From Rebecca billardiae RCC1528 (Eukaryota; Protista; Haptophyta): a DNA stretch of 64,000 nucleotides. The notes under the pieces were generated by a model. It was not told the origin of the DNA. It saw nothing but the letters and a program-made list of their open reading frames with translations, and did not search any database. The position numbers and the translations under genes are program-made. Positions 57,301-64,000 of the stretch are shown piece after piece (position 1 is the first letter of the stretch; each line of letters opens with the position of its first letter). The stretch is from contig OZ251242.1 of assembly GCA_965240325.2 (NCBI GenBank), positions 434,001 through 498,000 on the forward strand, in the 5' to 3' direction.

Positions 57301-58264
57301 CCGGCCGCCGCGCACCCGTCATCCCCGCCCACGCCATGTACAGCCCCATCAAGTAGTTGTGCCAGCCGGTCGCGAGCGGAGAGCGCAGCTCGAGCTCGGG
57401 GTTGCCCGTGAGCAGCGCAAACTGCGCGTTCCAGTGCGGCAGCTCGAGCGGCTCGGCCGCCCACTTCTCGCCCAGCGCCCACCACACGCACGCCGCCCAG
57501 TGCGGCACGGAGACGAGCACGAGCGCGAACTTGTACACCGCGAGGAACGAGACGTTCGTGCTGAGGTCGTTGTTGATCTGCTCGACATAGTTGATGAGCT
57601 CGCGCACGCGCAGGATGCGGAAGCCCTGGAGCAGCTGGAAGAGCACCACCGCGTCGTGCAGCAGCGCGAGCGCGCGGCCCATGTGCAGCGCGGCGATGAT
57701 CACCAGGTCGCGGAACGCGTGCGCGATCGTGTACGGGATCACCTGCGGCTTGCCCGCCGGCGCCTCGGCCTCCGACTTGGCGCGGCCCGCGCCCTCGCGC
57801 CGCGCCTGCACGAGCGAGCCGATCACCCAGCCGAGCTCGAACAGGTCGGTGAGCACGTCGAGCGCGATGATCGCCGGCTCCGCCAGCGTGATGCGCGGCA
57901 GCGCCAGCCGCAACGGGATCGCGAGGTTCTCGTACGTGAGCACGGGCAGCCGCGCAATCTTGGCGTACTTCTTCAGCCGCTCGGAGCGCTCGCGCGCGGC
58001 GATCTCGGCCTCGAGCCGGCGGCGCGCCTCCTGCGCGGCTGCGTCGTTGCCCACGAGCACCGTGCGCCACTTGACGCGCGCCGCCTTGCCGTGGCCGTGG
58101 TGGCCGTGGTGCCGCGCGCCGCCGCCGCCCGTCCGCAGAATCCCCCGCCGCGCGTGCGCCGGCTTCGCCGCCGCGCCGGGCTCCGCCGCGCCGGGCTCGC
58201 CCTCCGCGGGCACGACCTGCTCGGCGCCGAGCCCGAGCTTGCGCCCCCAGCCGCCGAGCGGCAT
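48358..58264 (-). CDS. Tandem two-module Shaker-like K+ channel [6TM-CNBD-ankyrin]x2; introns 57167-57315, 53285-53395, 51313-51404, 48775-48954
   Basis: Four GT-AG introns give one frame of about 3100 aa. Module 1 has pore MTALGYG, CNBD GEVAFVAGVPQPYTV and ankyrins. Module 2 has S1-S6, pore MITTLGTA, a CNBD and ankyrins (DFDGRTALHLAA). Confidence 0.85.
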
Positions 58265-58686
58265 CGTCTGGCGAGTGCGCGCGGTGTTGACGCGTGCAGC
58301 GCGGCTTGGCGTCCGCGCGTGGCCGGCCGGGTCACAGCCACTGTTCGTGCGACGGAATGACGAGGTTGGGCTCGGGTCGAAGCGGTCACAACGATGGTAT
58401 CGTCAAAGAACTCCGCGCTATGGGGATATATATGATCTGCTCCTATTGTAGTCAGCCGGGGGAGTAGGCGCTGCTTAAAAAGCGCGCTGGCTCTCGGTCG
58501 TGATTGGAGGAGCTAGCCACCTAGCCGGTGCATGTAACGAAATCCCTTTATTATCGTGAAGGATCTCCACCGTGCAGAGATGTCCAAGGCGGACTTCATT
58601 AGCCCAAGACCGCCCAGTCGCTGGCGTACCTGGTTGAGTACGTTAATGAATAAAGCCAGTTGGGTACGCCTTGTCGTACTGGCGCC

Positions 58687-59507
58687 ATGGGCGTCAGCCC
58701 GACCGCCGACGGGCCGGGCGGAGGCTCGCGCTCCGCCGCGGAGATCACCGTCGCGTGCATTCGCATCGCCTCGTCGCTCGCGTCCGGCAACTTCTCGGTC
58801 GGCTGGTTCCTCTCGACCGCGTACACGGTCATCTTCCTCTTCCGGCTCGGCTTCCCGCGCGTGCTCGTCGACACGCTCACGATGAAGGTGCACATCCCGT
58901 TCGCGACGCTCTTCGTGCTCTGCTGCGCGTGGAACATGTACCACACGCCCAACCAGGGCAGGCTCTACCGCCGGCTGCACATTATCGTCGGCTGGGTCGC
59001 GATGGTGACGGGCGCGTGCCACGTCCTCTCGGGCGTGGCGTACTTCTTGCAGGGCTCGAGCAAGCTGCCGCTCAGCATGGCGACGCTCATGTGCACGATC
59101 GCGATGATGCAGCTGTGCCTGCAGGCGCTCGGCCTCTAGTGCGTCCGCCGAGCGCGCGCGCGCCCGGCCCGCCGTACGCCCGCTGCCCGCTGCCCGCCTG
59201 CTCGCCGCGTGGCCGCCGCGCCGGCGCGGTCGCGCCTCACTCGAGCGTGGCGCGCCGCCGCGCGCCCGCTGCCCCCGCCCACCCCCGCGGCTCGCGTCCC
59301 CACCCGTCGCCGCCGCCAGCTACATCCGTGTGAACACGTGGGTGCACATGCACATGTCCATGTGCGCCGCCCGCCGCTCGCGCCCCGCGCCTGCTCAGCT
59401 CGCGCGGAGGCATGATGCGCCCTCGCGGCAGCGCGTGTGCGGCGCGGCGTCCGCCTGCCGCTCACGGCGCTCCGGCGCTCGGCGTTCGCGCGCGCTGCCT
59501 TGTCCGC

Positions 59508-59542
<35 letters not shown>

Positions 59543-60450
59543 TGCGCAGGATGACCTACATGTACTACACGTCCGGGGTGCTCATCGCAAGTGCGCGCTG
59601 CGCGCCGCTGCCGCCGCGCACGCAGCGCCGCACCGCTCGCCGGTCCATGGACTTGGCCGGCACGCCGCGCGCCCTCCCGGCTCGGCCGGCCGGCCGGCTG
59701 GGCCACCGCGGTTGCGCGAGCGAGAGGCGCTGTGCGCGGCTGGCTGGGGGCAGTGCCAGCCCTGGCGAGAGCGCGCGTGCCCGCCGGGCGCGGCGCCCAC
59801 CGGCGGGCGCTTCGCACCGCGCGTCCACAGCCTCCGCGCCCAAAAGCTCACGCCCGCGTCCGCCCCGATGCGACTCCCGCTGCCCACCGCCCCGCCCCGC
59901 CCGCGTGCCCGCCGCGCACGCTCGGGCTCTGCTGCCGCGCGCGCGCGCGCGCTGCTGCGCAGTCAACGTGCGCGCGCGTCGCGTGCGCGCGCGTCGCGCG
60001 GCTGCTGCGCCGATCGCACGCCCGACTGACCGCCGCCGGACCGTACGCGCCCACCCCGCACCTCGCGCGCTGCCGCCGGCGCCGCGCCCCGCGCCGCCCG
60101 GCCCTGTCTGGCCCGCGCCCGCCATCATTCGCCCGCAGTGGGTCCCCAAGATGCTGTCCGGCGAGCTGCTCGACGACTCGATCCAGACCGACTGGACGTG
60201 CTTTGCGATGATCTGCGGTCTGGCGCTCGGGCACAGGGCGATCGAGCACGCCAAGCGGACGATGGACCTGCACAACGACGCGCACCTGCTGCGATGCCCG
60301 CGCGGGTGGGACGCCGAGCAGTCGTGGCCGCGCGCGTCAGCGCACGCAGCGATGGACCCGAGCGCCGACCCCGCGACGACAGCGCTCTTGATGGCGTCGT
60401 ACGGCAGTCCGTCGCAGCAGCGGCACCACGGTCCGCCGCATCCCCGATGA
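58687..60450 (+). CDS. His-containing multi-pass membrane protein (DUF2306/cytochrome b561-like); exons 58687-59138, 59320-59361, 59550-59590, 59963-59967, 60139-60450
   Basis: KVHIPF, RRLHIIVGWV and HMSMM motifs among TMs. Phase-consistent GTGCG/CAG introns, and the first apparent stop is split by a donor (TA|GT). Confidence 0.65.
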
Positions 60451-60601
60451 TGACGACGATCACGATGACGACGACTCCTGGGATGACTCGGATGTACCGC
60501 CGCCACTCGGCCGGGCGCGCCACGCCGCCACGCGGCGCCTAAATAACGTGGCGCACGTTGACGTCTCAGCTATTCGCGACGATCATTTAGTTTTTAAATT
60601 C

Positions 60602-60603
<2 letters not shown>

Positions 60604-60654
<51 letters not shown>
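60604..60654. repeat. (TTA)n microsatellite
   Basis: About 16 tta units read directly. Confidence 0.95.
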
Positions 60655-60660
<6 letters not shown>

Positions 60661-60936
60661 ACCGCGCAGCGCGGCCCGGGGCCGGGCGCGCGCCGCCGCA
60701 GCCTCAGCCGCCCTCATCAGTTTCCGCGCGACGACGGCGACATCAGCGCCTCGCGCAGCATCGCCGCGTCCGGAATCCGACCCGGCGGCGGACCGACGAG
60801 CAGCGCCAATGATCTTGCGCGCAATCTGATCGTGTACTACTCATCACTGTGACGAATGTGACGAAAACTACGGACGGCGCGCCCGCCGACGCGCATGCGC
60901 CGCGCCGGCTGGCACAGCGCATGCGGCCGCCCCTCG

Positions 60937-61440
60937 CTAGCGAGCGGCGTCACCCTCGCCGTCCGCTGCGACGGGCCGCGCGCGGATGATCCGGATCGGC
61001 TCGATCGGCCGGTCGTTTGCGTCCGTCCGCGCCGCGCCGATGCGCTTCACCGTCTCCATGCCGTCGCACACGCGCCCAAAGATCGTGTGCTTGCCGTCCA
61101 GCGAGGGCTGCGGCGCGAGCGTGACGAAGAACTGGCTGCCGTTCGTGTTCGGTCCGCTATTCGCCATCGAGAGGATCCCCGCGCCCGTGTGCTTCAGCTC
61201 GCGCGTCAGCTCGTCGCCAAACTGGCCGCCGTAGATGCTCTCGCCGCCGCGGCCCGTGCCGGTCGGGTCGCCGCCCTGGATGACAAAGTCGCGCACGATG
61301 CGGTGGAACGTCACGCCGTCGTAGTAGCCGTTCCGAGCGAGCTCGTGGAAGTTCTTCGCCGTGCGCGGCGTGTGGCGGTCGTAGAGCTCCACGGTGAACG
61401 CGCCGTACGTCGTGGTGACCTCGACGCGTGGCGACGCCAT
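60937..61440 (-). CDS. PPIL1: Cyclophilin-type peptidyl-prolyl isomerase, PPIL1-like
   Basis: FHRIVRDFVIQGGDPTGTGRGGESIYG, LKHTGAGILSMANSGPNTNGSQFFVTL and LDGKHTIFGRV. Confidence 0.9.
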   Translation of the reverse strand: MASPRVEVTTTYGAFTVELYDRHTPRTAKNFHELARNGYYDGVTFHRIVRDFVIQGGDPTGTGRGGESIYGGQFGDELTRELKHTGAGILSMANSGPNTNGSQFFVTLAPQPSLDGKHTIFGRVCDGMETVKRIGAARTDANDRPIEPIRIIRARPVAADGEGDAAR

Positions 61441-61541
61441 CGTCCCCGCGTGAGGCGACGACGGGCCGACGAAGACTTCCTTCTCTTTGGCCGGACGAAA
61501 GCCCGAGGCCGAGCGTCGGCCGGCTCGATCCCTCGCGCACG

Positions 61542-62109
61542 ATGGCGCGCGCGCCGCCGCCCTTGCCGTCGATGGTGCCCATCGTCACGGGCGGCGCGGA
61601 GGAGGCGCAGCGCGAGCGCGCGCCGGGCGTGCAGCCCGTGTGCGTGCTGCTCGTCACCGGCGGCAGCCGCGGCGCCGAGCTCGCCTTCTGCCACCCGCCG
61701 CGCGCGCCGCCGGCCGCGCACGAGGCGGCGGCGGCGGCGGGCGGCGGCGGCGGCGCGCCGATCGCGGGGTTCGACGAGCTGTCGGAGGACGTGCTCACCA
61801 CCGTGCTCGCGCCCAAGTCCACCCTCCGCGACCGCCCCATCGACCTGCGCATCGGCCCGATTCGCTTCATCGGCTTTGCGTCGAGCCTGGCGGACAGCGC
61901 GCAGCGCGACGGCGGCGGCGGCGGCGGCGGCGCGGAGGGGCTGCCGCCGCTGCGCTCGCGCGCGCCGTCGAAGGAGGAGCTCGCGCCAGGCGCGGTCGTC
62001 GCGCCCTCCCCGCGCGGCGGCGGCGGCGGCGGCGGCGCGGCGGGCGGCGCGGCGGGCGGCGCGGCGGGGGGCGGCGTCGACGAGCGAGCGTGCAGCGGCG
62101 CGGCGGCGT

Positions 62110-62161
<52 letters not shown>

Positions 62162-63209
62162 GACGCCGATGGCGGGCGCGTCCACGTCCGCGTCCGCGCG
62201 TGACGACGAGCCGCAGCTGTGCGTGTGCACCGTCGCGTTCGTCCTCGAGACGCGCGCGGGAGCGGACGAGCCGCTCCGTCGCGCGTGCGCGCGCGCGGCC
62301 GAGCAGCTGTCACGAGCGGTCGCCTATGAGCAGAGGACGGCGGTGGCGGCGGACGGGGAGGTCGGGCCCGGGTGCTTCGCGTCGGTGCTGACGGCGCCGC
62401 CGGGCGCGCACGCCGCGCTCGCCAGCGCCGCCGCGAGCGCGGGCTCCTTCGGCGCGGCGCCACCGCTGGACGGCTGGCTGCCGCTGTCGCGCCGCGTACT
62501 TGTGCCGAGCGCGGACCTAGGCGGCGCGCCGGGCGGCGGCGGCGGCGGCGTGCTCGACGGCGGCGGCATGCCGCCGCTCACGCCGCTTGCGAGCATGGGC
62601 AGCGGGCTCGGCGCGGCGCGCGACCCGCAGCGCAGTGGCGCGCTGGCCGCCGCGGCGGCAGCCTATGCGCACGGCGGGCTTGGCGGCGCGCTGCCTGCGC
62701 GCGGCGGCGCGCACGGTGGTTGCGGCGGCGGCGGCGGCGCGAGCGGCGGCGGCGGCGGCGGCGGGCGCTACCTCGAGCTCGAGCTGAGGCGGCTGCGCGC
62801 GGCGCGCGCGCGGCACGCCGCGGGCATGTCCGCGCTCGCGCACGCCGCCGGCGCCGACGGCGCGGCGGGCGGCGGTGTGGGCGGCGCGGGGAGCAGCCCG
62901 GTGGGGGCGGCGGGCGCGGCGGCGGCGTTGGGCGCGGCGGCGGGCGCGGCGGCGGCGGCGGGCGCGGCGTTGGGCGCGGCGGCGGCGTTGGGCGCGGCGG
63001 CGGGCGCGGCGGCGGGCGCGGCGGCGGGCGCGGATGCGCGGCAGACGCCGCACGCGCCGCACGCCGTGGCGCGCGCCGAGGCGGCGCGCCCCGACGCCGC
63101 GCTCAGCCTGGGCGCGGAGCGCGGCGGCGCGCTCGACGGGGCGAGCGGCGGCGGCGGCGGCGCGTGCGGCGCGGCCGAGGGCGGCGGTGGTGGCGCGCGC
63201 GCCGCTCAG

Positions 63210-63241
<32 letters not shown>

Positions 63242-64000
63242 GGCGGCGGGCTCGGCCGGCGCGGGGTGCCACGCCGCGCCGAGCGCGCGCGCGGCTCTCC
63301 GGCAGCTGGCGCTCGCGGAAGCGCTCTCGCCGCCGCCGCCGCCGCCGCCGGCCGCCGCGGCGGCGGCGGCGGCGGCGCACGCGAACGGCGCCGCAGGCGG
63401 CGCGGCCGCGGGCGGCGGCGGCGGCGGCGCGCCGAGCGCGCTGCCGCCGCCCGCCACGCCGGGCGGCGGCGCGGCGGGCGCGTGCGCGGCGTGCTGCGCG
63501 TGCGCGCAGCACGCGCACGCGGCGGGCGCGCCGGACGCGCTCGCCTCCGCGCTTGCGCCGTGGGCGGGCGGCATCGACCACTGTCTTCTCGTCGCGCTGG
63601 CGGTGTTGCGCGGCGCGCCCGCAACGAGAGTCTGGCTGAACGAGCGCGTGTCGATCTGGCTGCTTCCGCCGCACGCGGGGGCGTTCCGCGCGCCGCCCAC
63701 GGACCCGCGGCTGGCGGTGCCGCAGCAGCAGCCGCGAGGGCAGCCGCCGCAGCCGTCGACGCCGGGGATGGCGCCGCGCGGGGCCGCGGGCGCGGGCGCG
63801 CGCTCGCGCGCCGGCTCCGACGCCGCCACGCCGCCGCCGCCCGCGCGCCGCGCGCCCGCCGCCGCCGCCGCCGCGCGCTGGAGTGCCGAGGCGGAGGCGG
63901 CGGCGGCGGCGGCCGAAGCGCTCGGCATGCTCGAGCGCGCGCCGCCGCGCGCCGAGGGCGGCGCCGCCGCCGCCGGCGCGCCGCCCGGCGGCGCGCGCGC
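61542..64000 (+). CDS. NPRL3: GATOR1 subunit NPRL3/Npr3-like, N-terminal part (runs off the window)
   Basis: Frame absent from the ORF track, apparently because it has no stop before the window end. PVCVLLVTGGSRGAELAFCHP, SEDVLTTVLAPKSTLRDRPIDLRIGPIRFIG and LSRAVAYEQR match the NPRL3 N-terminal longin region. Confidence 0.75.

Overview
This is very GC-rich eukaryotic nuclear DNA with compact genes and short GC-rich spliceosomal introns (donors mostly GTGCGC). Composition and gene content suggest a haptophyte-like alga such as Pavlovales (inference). Most long ORFs in the six-frame track are GC-driven shadow frames. I support about 21 protein genes or gene remnants: LCMT1, an Sfi1-like protein, an LtrA-like membrane protein, a 3-exon V-ATPase subunit e, a HET/TIR-like protein, a CNBD-family cation channel, a TMEM151-like protein, a frameshifted SGNH/PC-esterase, an AEC-like transporter, an F-box protein, a secreted double SnoaL protein, a La-motif/DUF3223/xRRM/RGG protein, a JMJD5-like hydroxylase, an F-box-like RCC1 protein, a ~10 kb tandem two-module Shaker-like channel with ankyrin repeats, a 5-exon membrane protein, PPIL1, NPRL3 (partial) and several hypotheticals. 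There are also two tRNA-Val genes, four transposon-like elements (two with ~400-bp inverted arms, one hAT-like relic, one small TG..CA element), a 44-bp perfect palindrome, and telomeric repeats inside an intron. The best candidates for something new are the tandem [6TM-CNBD-ankyrin]x2 channel with one canonical and one degenerate pore, and the La-DUF3223 fusion. Family calls rest on motif recognition only; no searches were run.
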